A DNA stretch of 58,978 nt from Chara braunii (lineage: Eukaryota; Plantae; Charophyceae), in contig BFEA01000008.1 in NCBI GenBank assembly GCA_003427395.1, forward strand, positions 5,124,291 through 5,183,268, in the 5' to 3' direction. The notes below the pieces were generated by a model, which made no database searches, was not told the origin of the DNA, and saw only the letters and a program-made list of their open reading frames with translations. This document shows, in pieces, positions 49,123 through 58,270 of this stretch. Within the stretch, counting starts at the first letter, position 1. Each line of letters begins with the position of its first letter. The translations under genes were made by a program, and so were the position numbers.

Positions 49123-52100
49123 TTCTGAGGTGAATGTAGATGAAAGGGAAATCCAAGATAACACACAGGTGGGCAAATTTGTCTAGTTACCCTGGTTGGA
49201 CTGCCTGCGAAGTACTCGTTGAGTTCAGTCCGGGACCATAGGAGCGGAGACTCTACTGCAAGCTGACCTCTTCCTCTTTGACGATCTAGCTCTCTGATAT
49301 AGGGATACCAGAAAGACTCCTTGCCTCTCTTCTTTTCGTACATAAGATAGAGAGCCAGGCACGCAAGTTCCGACAACTTATTTGTCGTGAGCAGCTCCGC
49401 TGTTCCACATTACCATCATCAAAACCAGACACAAATCAAATCAAATCGCATCAAACCAAATCGACGAAACAAGAGAAGAAACCAACAGCTTCAGAGAAGA
49501 CACAGATAACACCACCTCAAGGAAACAAACAGCCTTTTTTTTTTTTGACAAAACAGATTCAGAATCGGCTGAGCGTACCCAGGACTCGTCCATAATTCCA
49601 TATTAGTTCCCGTCGACTCCATGAAACAAACTATAATGAAATCACAAAGTGTCCTAGTCGTACAAGCTACACAACGACCAAAGTTTCGTAAAATGAAATC
49701 ACAGAGTGTCCGAGTCGTACAAGCTACAGAACGAGCAAAGTTCCAAACACACCTGGGCACAATAAAATCAGCCATCCACCACTCTCTACATCAATAAGCT
49801 TAAAAGAAAATCAAGAACGCAATGACAATTAAAAAGAAGAGGGGATCTGCGGTTGGCCGGGAAGGGGGAAAACACAAAAGAGCAGCGATCGCAAGATAGA
49901 CAGAGAGAAGAAAGCTGCGATGATGTTTCTCCTCCTTCCTTGACCACAACATCGTCTGACAATTCACTGTCCCCTCATCAATTTGCTGAATGTTTTTCTT
50001 TTCTACGTGCCAACAATTCCAATCCATCCTCCTTCCAGACATCCGTGCAAAGTGGAACGATACAGACTATTACAGAGCAGATTTTTAGCATGGCCCCTGC
50101 GGACGAATGACCCGCATAAATCGAGAAATGGTGCAAGACTGCAAATTAATTGTCTTTTTTTAAGAGAAAAAAAATCCTGTGCTGTTGTGAAAAAAAAAAA
50201 AAAAAAAAAAAAAAAAGAAGGGGTGAGATCCAACAAGAGCACAGTCCAACTTGTCCCCCTTCTCTGCTCCTGCTCTCATTTGAGTTCTCCCCTCTCCATT
50301 GACAACATCCTTCGACGGAAAACAAATTGAATCAATAATACATCATTAATACATAATGAATACATAATTAATACATAACTAATACATAATTAAATTAAAT
50401 TAATACATAATTAAATTAAATTAATAGTAATTTAATACATACTTAAATTAAATTAATACATAATTAAATTAAATTAATACGTACTCATCCATGCGGCAAA
50501 ACACAGCATAAAAAATCGAGCCCAAAAAAAAAAAATTGCCATTGCGCCGTTTCCTGACATAACCCACCTTGGTAATGAAAGTGTACAAGCTATTTTTTTA
50601 TATTCTAACGCTGTCAGGGGGGGAGGAGGGAGCCGGGGGGGAGGGAGCCGGGGGGGAGGGAGCCAGGGGGGAGGCACAAGGACGACAGTAGGTTGCCCAT
50701 GCACACAGATCAGAATGCGGTATTGCCTTGTGGCGCTCTCAGCGAAGAGGCCCTGGGCCGGGGCGAGAAGGAGCGCAGGCCCGCTCAGGCCCAGACAGGC
50801 GACCCTTGGTAGTGTTCCTTGAGGCCCCGTACAGGGCATGGCCGTAGCCAGAGAACTCCAGAAGGCAGTCCCTACCAGCTGAACAGGGAGCCGGGAACGC
50901 AGTCAGGAACCCGGTAGAGAACCCCCAAACAGCCCTAGGGGGTCCCTGTCTAGGCCTGACAGGACCACTGCGGCTCTGGTATTGAAGGAACCCATTTCTG
51001 TCGGACCCCCTAGGGCCGTTTGGGGTTCTCTACCGGGTCTAGACAGCTATGGATGCCGCTGGTTGCATGCTAGGCCTGACAGGACCCCTGCGGCTCTGGT
51101 ATTGACGGGAAGGCCTGGGCAGGTCCGAAAACCATCATTCCAGTAGATGTAGGACAACAATGGCAGGCTTCCAGAGCGCTAAGTCAATCAGCACTAGCAG
51201 GAGACGGCAGCACCTAGCATCCAACCAGCGGCAGCCATAGCTGCTCTGAGAGAGCAGACCGGCAGCCAGAGCTGCTCTGAGACAGAAGAGCGGCAGCCAT
51301 AGCTGCTCTGAGACAGAAGAGCGGCAGCCATAGCTGCTCTGAGACAGAAGAGCGGCAGCCATAGCTGCTCTGAGACAGAACAGCGACAGCCATAGCTGCT
51401 CGGAGACAGAAGAGCGGCAGCCATAGCTACTCTGAGACAGAAGAGCAGCCCCACAGCCTTGGGCACTGAGGTGGTCGAGGAGGGTGGTGCTAGAATGGGA
51501 GATAGTTGGGAGGAAGGGGAAGTCCGCTGAGGAGGAGTTGGCGAGGGACTTGCCGGGGGGACTCCAAGTCGAGCTCCAGCGTGACATGTTGTTCGAGCAG
51601 GGATCAGTGGGAGCAGCTCAGAACTCTGCAGCGCCATTGGGGGGGGGGGGGGGNGANAAAGGGAAGCTTTTCATCTCAGCTCAAAATCCGCAGAATCATT
51701 GAAGTTCATTAAACCCCTAAGCCCAGCCTGACGGAATCTAGTTCATCGAACTTCATCCTGAACGTGCAGTTGCCCCAGATCTTGGATCTTGGGCCACGCA
51801 GGGGTTCAAAACCCGCCTGAGCCCAAATGTCCCCTCTTTTTAATTATTTCTATATTTTCTTTGCCTTCTTTTCCTTTACATATGCACACAACATTCCATT
51901 CCTTGATGTCAGGCCTACTAGTTTCGCAAATGCTCTGCTTGCACACAAGCCACCCAACCTTTACACTAGTTTCGCAAAAGCTCTGCTTGCACACTAGCCA
52001 CCCAACCTTCTGTCACACAGAGAGAGATGTCATGGCAATCAAATGCAATCAAATGCAATCAAATGCAATCAAATGCAATGAATGCATTGCAATGAAATGC

Positions 52101-52655
52101 AATGAAATGCAATGAAATGCAATGAATGCATTGCAATGAAATGCAATGAAATGCAAGGAAATGCAAGGAAATGTAAATGCAAGGAAATGTAAATGCAAGG
52201 AAATGCAATGAAATGTAAATGCAATGCAATGAAATGCAATGAATTGAAAATGCACGCCACACAAAAAATACACAAAACGTACCAAGTGTCTCATCTCCTA
52301 GCACTCTTTCAAGGGTGACGACCAATGATAGAGGCACTCGTAACACAGTGTCGCCTGCCTGCACCCAACATAAAAAAGCACACATCCGGAGTCAGACTAT
52401 GGCTAGGCCCAAAATTGCTCTCGGCCCTTGGTCCTCCCCACCTACTGTAATCCCAAAAAATTGCTCTTGGTCCTTGGTCCTCTCCCCCCCTAGCCCATCC
52501 CAAAAGTCCCTACCCAATTTGACCGTGTCGCCTGCCTGCACCCAACACCAAAAACGCACATCCCTCTCCTCCCCCCCCCCTCTCCTCCCCCAACCACCCC
52601 ACCCCACAGCCAGACTATCATTTCCCATAGTCCCCCCTCCCCCCCCCGTCCTTCT

Positions 52656-52690
<35 letters not shown>

Positions 52691-55600
52691 TAGCCCGTTC
52701 CGAAAACCCCTAAACCCAATCCAATTTGACTGGGTCCCCTGCCTGCACCAACAACACAAGCCCCACGTCCCCAGTCCGATTATCATTACCCATGGTCCCA
52801 AATTTGCGCTCGGTCCTTCTCGCCCTCCCCACCTACCGGTAGTAGGCTGTTCCAAAATCCCTTATGCAGTTTGACCGTGTCACCGTGCTACAACAACACC
52901 TCAAGCACACATGCCCAGTCAGATTATCAATACTGTCCTCTCCCGAATAGAACGCCCGGCCATTATCGCCCGTTTTATAGCTGTATTCGGGGCAACTTTC
53001 AGTCTAAATACAGCGATAATTACTAGGCACTGTAGGCAGGCAACTCTCAGTATAAAACGGGCAACTCTCAGTATNGATAATTACTAGGCACTGTAGGCAG
53101 GCAACTCTCAGTATAAAACGGGCAACTCTCAGTATTCGGGGCAACTTTCAGTCTAAATACAGCGATAATTGCCAGGGGTTCTTTCTATTCCCAGTCAGAT
53201 TATCAATACTGTCCTCACCCGAATAGAACGCCCGGTCATTATCGGACATTATAATTATAGCTGCATTACGGGCAACTTCCAGTCTAAATACAGCGATATA
53301 TACTACGCACTGTAGGCAGGCAACTCTCAGTATANNNNNNNNNNNNNNNNNNNNNNNNNNNNNNNNNNNNNNNNNNNNNNNNNNNNNNNNNNNNNNNNNN
53401 NNNNNNNNNNNNNNNNNNNNNNNNNNNNNNNNNNNNNNNNNNNNNNNNNNNNNNNNNNNNNNNNNNNNNNNNNNNNNNNNNNNNNNNNNNNNNNNNNNNN
53501 NNNNNNNNNNNNNNNNNNNNNNNNNNNNNNNNNNNNNNNNNNNNNNNNNNNNNNNNNNNNNNNNNNNNNNNNNNNNNNNNNACTTAATTTTGTCCCAGTC
53601 AGGCTATGGCTACCACAGTCCCAATTGCTTGCTTGCCCCTCTCTCCACTTACCCCCTCCCAAAAAGTCCTCCTTAATTCTGTCCCAGTCAAGCTATGGCT
53701 ACCACAGTCCCAATTGCTTGTTTGCCCCTCTCTCCACTTACCCCCTCCCAAAAAGTCCCACTTAATTTTGTCCCAGTCAGGCTATGGCTACCATAGTCCC
53801 AATTGCTTGCTTTCCCCTCTCTCCATTTCGCGGTCCCAAAAAGTCCCCACTTAATTTTGCCTCAGTCAGGCTATGGCTACCATAGTCCCAATTGCTTGCT
53901 TGCCCCTCTCTCCACTTCGGCTGTCCCAAAGAGTCCCTACTTATTTTTTTATCCATGTCGCCTGGCGGCACCAATTCCCACCAAAAAGAAAACGCCCTTC
54001 TCTCTGCCAAGCTATCACTATTCACTCCCCCAATTGCTGCCCTTCCCAACTTCGCCCATCCAACTAAAAACGTCCAACTTCAATTTGACCAACATAACGC
54101 CTCCTGAAAATGAACGTATACAAGCTATGTTTCCGGCCCGATGCAGTCAAAATAAGGGTGCGTCGTGTTCCGGGGAAGACGGTGGTAATGGCACGACGGT
54201 GGGTTATAGTATTACGTAGTAGTTGAGGAGGGCAAGGCCGTTGCGGTCCTCCATACTCAGCTCAGTTGAGTTGATTGGGAGATCAGTAGGTGGGGACCAC
54301 AAGGCAAGGCATGGTAGTGCGGAAAGCCCCCTGAGGATGATCAGAGGGCAGCAGCCGATCGAAACGGCGCGTCGGGGAACGTGCGCGTTCTCTGAGACAA
54401 GTCTACGGTAGGCGGATTGGATTTGTGATGGACATATTGTGGAGCGTGTGACGCAAGACGGGTGGCCTCCGTTTTCACTATTCCTCTTTTTCTTCTTCTT
54501 CACTATTCTTCCTCCTCCTCCTCTTCTTCTTCTTCTTCTTCTTCTTCTTCTTCTTCTTCTTCTTCCTCTTCGTCTTCTTGTTCCGTGCTGGGCTTGGGGC
54601 TTAACTTTCATCCCAGTCAGCTTAGCCGTTTGGTTGAGCGTCCAACTCCCATTTGGGCGGTCCCGTGTTCGGTTTCTGGCATCGGCTCGTGCACGTAGGA
54701 TTCAATTCAATTCAATTCTTCTTCTTCTTCTCCTCCTCCTCCTCCTCCTCCTTCTTCTTCTTCTTCTTCTTCTTCTTCTTCTTCTTCTTCTTCTTCTTCT
54801 TCTTCTTCTTCTTCTTCACCGGGTCGCGGGGAAAAACGAGTACCCGTGCTGGGGTGGGGTTAAGTACTCATCTTGGGGCTTAACTTTCACCCCAGTCCAC
54901 TTAGCCGTTTGGTTGAGTGTTTGCCTCTTGACGTGGAGGTCACGTGTTCGATCCTTGGATCGGTGCGGACGGACAGATTGCTGTCTGGAGTAAGTTTCAC
55001 TTCACTTCTTCTTCTTCTTGTTGGGGAATGTGCACGTGGCTGAGTGCTTTTGTTTCCTCTGTGAAACGTGAGCGGAAGCACCATTGGGGACTAATTAGCA
55101 ATTGCCACTGTTCTTCAGCTTCTTCTTCGTGGGCAATGTGCGCATTTCTTCTAAATTCAGTGCATGCGGAGTGCATTGCAATTCTGCAGAAGGATGTACG
55201 TAAGACAGAGTTGGCATCTGTTTATCACACTTTTCTTCTTCTTCTTCTTGTTTTCTTCTCCTTCTTCTTCTCCTCCTTTTTCTTCTTGAAATGCGTGTGC
55301 GGAAGGCAGCTTTGGCCGCTGCTGGTCGCTATTCTTCTTCTTCTTCGCCTTCTTCTTCCCTTGCCCTCTCGCTTTCGTTTCCGTCTGCTTCTCCTCTTAT
55401 CTTGCTGTTAAGCCGGAGGGTAGGACAAATTCCTTTTCTCCTTTTCTTCTCAGCCACAAAAAACGCAATGTACATCACCAGAAGAGGGGGCAGAGAGGGA
55501 GAGAGAAAGAGGGAGAGAGAGAGAGAGAGGGAGACAGAGGGAGAGAGAGGGAGAGCGAGGCAGAGAGAGGGAAGGAGAGGGAGAAAGAGGGAGAGAGAGG

Positions 55601-56470
55601 GAGAGCGAGGCAGAGAGAGGGGGAGGGAGGGGGAGAGAAAGGGAGAGCAAGAGAGAGGAAGGGAGAGGGAGAGAGAGGGAGAGAGAGGGAGAGAGAGCGA
55701 GAGAGGGAGAGAGAGGGAGAGAGAGGGAGAGAAGGTACATCACCGAAAGAGAGGGAAGAGAGGGAGAGAGAAAGGGAGAGAAAGGGAGAGAGAGAGAGAG
55801 AGAGAGGAGAGAGAGGGAGAGAGGAGAGAGAATGGGAAGAGAGAAGTGACACAAAAGACGAGACGCAAGGATCTACGAGATGATAAGTACTGACTTGCAG
55901 GTCTTCGCTGGCGACCACGTGATGAATAGGCTTCTGTCCTCGTGCAAAGCATGGCCTATCTGCCAGCGTCACCTTGCTAGGAGGTAGCCCATTTTCTTCC
56001 ATCCATTGCTTCAGGTCGATCGTCATATCCGTTGACGACAACTCCCTCTGACGCTGACTGGTGGCATTGACAACCGCCCCAGGTTCCGGTGCCTTTGCAT
56101 TTGGACGCAAATGCGCTCCGCCGAAGCGCGCGGAGTCTGGGCCCGCGAACGACTGCCGCCGCCCGGGCCGCTGTCGAGACGTCGAACAGATACCGACCTC
56201 AGGCGCCGACGTTGCTGACGTGGACCTGCCGCCTGACGACCGTCGGCCACAGCATCTTCGCCACGTGTCACGATGATGATCCTGCCGCTGATGACTCCAG
56301 GAGGAAGGTGCCAGCGGCGACACGTGGCCGCATCCCAAGCACCGACGATTACACACGGCTGATGATGACGCCAACACCCCCATCGCCTCAGACGACCGGG
56401 AAACGGGATTGGCCCCGAGCAAATGACCACCGCTGATGCCAGCGCTCGCTTGTACGGCCGTCGTCGCCAT
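23713..56470 (-). CDS. SAFE1: Plastid-targeted SET-domain Rubisco-LSMT-family protein (At5g14260/SAFE1-like), 11 exons, 588 aa
   Basis: Hand-spliced exons 56470-55895, 52358-52283, 49399-49191, 48499-48413, 47649-47557, 46649-46495, 38796-38712, 36628-36542, 35199-35086, 29547-29434 and 23883-23713. All junctions are GT-AG with consistent phases, 1767 nt in total. Peptides such as [46 protein letters not shown] and [15 protein letters not shown] match my recollection of Arabidopsis At5g14260. The Ser/Arg/Ala-rich N-terminus looks like a transit peptide. Orthology is recalled, not searched. Confidence 0.88.
24697..24805. mobile_element. 109-bp Tc1/mariner-type MITE (TA TSD)
   Basis: TA-CCTTCTTCCCCCGAATACAACGTA ... 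TACGTTGTATTCGGGGGAAGAAGG-TA. Homologues at 38949-39057, 41080-41188, ~7185-7390 and 52930-53330. Confidence 0.75.
25345..26690. other. Identical second copy of 48869-50214 (exon 3 plus U6 copy); probable misassembly
   Basis: Offset 23524 with identical ORFs. Both copies begin after an N, and this copy sits between two poly(A) runs. Confidence 0.75.
27030..27700 (+). repeat. Degenerate ~17-bp minisatellite (caaagtcaaccttgtga)
   Basis: Recurrent aagtcaacc/aggtcaacc units. Confidence 0.8.
29434..29547 (-). CDS. SAFE1: Exon 10 ([38 protein letters not shown]), not in ORF track
   Basis: Translated by hand. tcttcag| acceptor and |gtatga donor; LSMT substrate-binding motif YxTTxEED. Confidence 0.88.
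30597..30766. mobile_element. TTAA-flanked MITE, CCACCAGTA terminal family
   Basis: TTAA-TCCACCAGTA ... TACTGGTGGTT-TTAA. Confidence 0.55.
31779..32944. mobile_element. Putative solo LTR
   Basis: TG...CA termini, 5-bp TSD gttgt/gttgc (1 mismatch), 1166 bp. It interrupts otherwise contiguous copy C. Confidence 0.6.
33096..33151 (+). ncRNA. Type III hammerhead ribozyme (intact core)
   Basis: agattGTC^gagg(gttcag)cctc-CTGATGA-gtcg(gtgcaactg)cgac-GAAAC-aatct. Confidence 0.88.
33161..34511. mobile_element. Non-autonomous hAT-like DNA transposon
   Basis: Termini CAGTGCTGG / CCAGCCCTG, 8-bp TSD tcatcatc/ccatcatc, and accgg-rich subterminal repeats. Confidence 0.7.
35086..35199 (-). CDS. SAFE1: Exon 9 ([24 protein letters not shown]...TGT)
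   Basis: ctgcag| acceptor and |gtaagt donor. Confidence 0.9.
35480..35900 (-). mobile_element. Diverged hammerhead-element copy D (truncated HHR at 35761-35802)
   Basis: Minus strand: 35899-35803 matches 14451-14547, then agactgcc-agggttcaacctt-CTGATGA-gtcggg (GAAAC missing), then gcaccctcaagatgtgcc...cctcgttacgagtgc, which matches the start of copies A-C. Confidence 0.6.
36542..36628 (-). CDS. SAFE1: Exon 8 ([29 protein letters not shown])
   Basis: tcgcag| acceptor and |gtaggg donor. Confidence 0.9.
37815..37960 (+). repeat. 45-bp tandem repeat x3
   Basis: Unit cacaggtggcgataatgcagctgacgacagcacaagtgccgagac. Confidence 0.9.
38712..38796 (-). CDS. SAFE1: Exon 7 ([28 protein letters not shown]), not in ORF track
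   Basis: Translated by hand. ttgcag| acceptor and |gtaaga donor; SET post-motif LLLNYG. Confidence 0.92.
38949..39057. mobile_element. 109-bp Tc1/mariner-type MITE
   Basis: TA-TCATCTTCC ... GGAAGATGG-TA, with the core attatagctgtat..cagtctaaatacagc shared with 24697. Confidence 0.65.
40499..42230 (+). mobile_element. Degenerate LINE ORF2 C-terminal region (zf-RVT)
   Basis: [40 protein letters not shown] and [20 protein letters not shown] (CCHC). The same motifs occur in 1300-2260 and 44727-45530. Confidence 0.8.
41080..41188. mobile_element. 109-bp Tc1/mariner-type MITE inserted in LINE remnant
   Basis: TA-CCGTCTTCACCCGAATA ... TATTCGGGCGAAGACGG-TA. Confidence 0.8.
42963..43136. repeat. 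Long imperfect palindrome (TTAA-bounded MITE-like core 42987-43111)
   Basis: gcgcaattttatttt..cttaagagaaaggc..tagaagattgaaaatcga..gccgg pairs with ccggc..tcgattttcaatcttcta..gcctttctcttaag..aaaataaaaattgcgc. Confidence 0.85.
43588..43635 (-). ncRNA. Minimal type I hammerhead ribozyme of Penelope-like-element type
   Basis: Minus strand gaccc-CTGATGA-a-ggctgg(ttagcggg)ccagcc-GAAA-CTAG-TC^gggtc. Stem I is 5 bp, stem II is 6 bp, and stem III is the palindrome ACTAGT. Confidence 0.85.
43908..44193. mobile_element. Non-autonomous TIR element with 8-bp TSD
   Basis: CCAGGCTACCAG ... CTGGTAGCCTAG with perfect TSD TTCTGAAT (43900-43907, 44194-44201). Confidence 0.8.
44370..46088. mobile_element. TIR element with 8-bp TSD enclosing a LINE fragment
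   Basis: CTAGCTTTCC ... GGAAAGCTAG, TSD ctgcctaa/ctgcctag, and GC-rich cccggg subterminal repeats at both ends. Confidence 0.7.
44727..45530 (+). mobile_element. LINE ORF2 fragment (post-RT region)
   Basis: [40 protein letters not shown] and [17 protein letters not shown]. Confidence 0.85.
46265..46363 (+). ncRNA. U6: U6 snRNA copy (near-intact; gene or young pseudogene)
   Basis: ggacatccgttaaaattggaacgatacagagaagattagcatggcccctgtgcaaggatgacacgcataaaccgagaaatggtccaaattt differs at only a few positions from plant U6. The 5' stem is degenerate and no USE/TATA is evident at the proper spacing. Confidence 0.9.
46495..46649 (-). CDS. SAFE1: Exon 6 ([18 protein letters not shown]...GEPIVVW)
   Basis: aacag| acceptor and |gtaggt donor, phase 2. 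Confidence 0.92.
47288..47394 (+). pseudogene. U6: U6 snRNA-derived copy
   Basis: gtccctcgggacatctgctaaaattagaac...agaagatcagcatggc...caaggatgacacacataaatcgagaaatg. The ACAGAGA box is mutated. Confidence 0.85.
47557..47649 (-). CDS. SAFE1: Exon 5 ([11 protein letters not shown]...SCVVHLQ)
   Basis: attcag| acceptor and |gtgatg donor. Confidence 0.92.
48413..48499 (-). CDS. SAFE1: Exon 4 ([29 protein letters not shown])
   Basis: ttctcag| acceptor and |gtgagg donor. Confidence 0.92.
49191..49399 (-). CDS. SAFE1: Exon 3 ([14 protein letters not shown]...GSPTR)
   Basis: aacag| acceptor and |gtaact donor. Confidence 0.92.
50030..50136 (+). pseudogene. U6: U6 snRNA-derived copy (duplicated at 26506-26612)
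   Basis: gacatccg..tggaacgatacaga...ttagcatggcccctgcg..gaatgacccgcataaatcgagaaatggt, with insertions. Confidence 0.85.
51229..51450 (+). repeat. 31-bp tandem repeat x7
   Basis: Unit gcggcagccatagctgctctgagacagaaga. Confidence 0.9.
52035..52245. repeat. (AATGC/AATGA)n simple repeat
   Basis: Directly visible. Confidence 0.9.
52283..52358 (-). CDS. SAFE1: Exon 2 ([25 protein letters not shown])
   Basis: gtgcag| acceptor and |gtacgt donor, phase 1. Confidence 0.9.
53582..53945 (+). repeat. 89-bp minisatellite x4 next to an assembly gap
   Basis: cttaattttgtcccagtcaggctatggctacc... starts at 53583, 53672, 53761 and 53850. Confidence 0.9.
54593..54965 (+). mobile_element. Two tRNA-like (SINE-head) copies at 54593-54690 and 54872-54965
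   Basis: A-box-like TAGCCGTTTGG and B-box GTTCGATCC (copy 2) at tRNA spacing. Shared leader cttggggcttaactttca(t/c)cccagtc. Confidence 0.55.
55895..56470 (-). CDS. SAFE1: LSMT/SAFE1-like exon 1 (transit peptide to ...[16 protein letters not shown]...VASEDLQ)
   Basis: ATG in ggcgATGg context; donor CAA|gtcagt. Confidence 0.85.
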
Positions 56471-56494
56471 CGCCTCCTCTGCCTATATAATCTT

Positions 56495-57300
56495 ATCCAA
56501 ATCCTATCTTATCTTATCTTTTCTTATCCAATCTTATCTTCCCTTATCTTACCCAAAATCCAATCTTATCTTACGTTATGTTATCCAATCTTATCTTCCC
56601 TTATCTTATCCGATCCTGCCTTGTCTTATCTTATCGTATCTTGTCCAATCTTTTATCTTATCTTGCCCAATTTTTTATCTTTAGCTTAATATAATACTAG
56701 TAATAATTGCTACCTTATCCAAGAAAACTTTATTTGATCCGTTGTTATCACCCAAACTTCTCCACCCTCTCTCTCTCACTATTAAAAAATCGCCCTATTT
56801 ATATTTATATATCGTCACAAACAGAACTGCCCGGTAAACCGTAGGCAGAGAGAGAGAAGAGGACAACAAACGAGGGGCTGTATAGGGCTGTATATATATC
56901 ATATATATCGTCACAAACATATATATATATATATATTTATTATATTTATTCTAAAATATCTTATTACTACCTTATCCAAAAATTTATCCAACCTTATCCA
57001 TCAAATCTTCCTATCCAAAAAACTGATCTTATCCAATGTTCTCCAATCTTATCTTTTATCTACTCTTATCTTTTATCCACTCTTCTTATCCAATCTTATC
57101 TTATTCTCATCCAATCTTTTTTTTTTTAATCGTTGTCTAAATTTGTACCTTAATCTAGGAGATGTCTTTTTTTATCCGTTCTTAATCTCATCGCTCTATT
57201 TATCTATAAATATCTCATCATTTTATCATCATATCCGCAACCTTATCCACACGTTATCCATCAAATCGTCCTATTCAAAACTTATACAAAAAGATCCGAT
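56495..57300. repeat. Degenerate (TTATC)n tract in the upstream region of the gene
   Basis: Recurrent cttatcttatccaat units. Confidence 0.8.
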
Positions 57301-57654
57301 TGTCCAATCTTCACCTAATTGTCGTCCTATCGCAAACTCATCCAAAACTCTTATGTATAACACCTAACGGCATCCGTATCCAGAAACCTTAAGCAATTTT
57401 TTTTTTTTTTAAGGCAATCAGACCTTCTCCGCAAAATACACGCAAAAAGAGAGATCCAGATCTTATCCACAACTTCTCTACCTCCCAATAGTGGCCGTCA
57501 GATCACCAGGTCGATCGACGAAGTGTGTCTGTTAGTTTTTAGCACCTACCATAAGCAATCCAGACCGTTGATGCCCTCGCTCTACATATCACCACCCAGA
57601 GCAAACAAAAGATACTGTACGTAACAAACATCCAACATTTTTCAAGCCCCCGAG

Positions 57655-58270
57655 CGCGGCTGCCACGTGTCTTTCCGGAACGGCTGCCACGTGTCTTTTT
57701 CCGGAACGGCTGCCACGTGTCTTCCTGGCAAGTGTAAGGGTCTGCTCAGCATGTATCTGCCGGCTGCCACGTGTCTCTCTGGAACGGCTGCCGCATTTCT
57801 GGGTCCAAAAAGACGACTGCCGCGCGACTCTGCCCAGCGCGGCTCGGATCGCAAGTCTCCGCCAAGATCGGCTTCCACGTGTCTACCCACGGCGGCGACC
57901 ACGTGTCTGTCCAAAACGACAAAACTGCTACATGCCTTCTCGAAACGAAACGACACACCTCCTCCGTGTCTGCACAAAACGACAAAACTGCCACGCGTCT
58001 GCCAAAGCGGCTGCCACGTGTCTTCACAAGGCGACTGCTGCCACGTGACTCTGCCCAGCGCGGCTTGGATGCCAAGAGTCCGGCAAGGCCGGCTGTCACG
58101 TATCCGCCCAGAGCTGCTGGCACCTGTTCCCCACGTGTCTTGACTTGAGCGGCTGCCACGTGTCTGCCCACAGCGGCTGCCACGTGTCTTCCGCAAGAAG
58201 CAACTTTTATAGGTTGCCAAAAAAAGAATCGAACGAACTCCCAGACGCTTTCAGACTTCGCCACGTGGAT
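57655..58270. repeat. Cluster of ggctgccacgtgtc repeats (G-box/ABRE cores)
   Basis: About a dozen CACGTG hexamers, mostly GCCACGTGTC. Confidence 0.8.
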
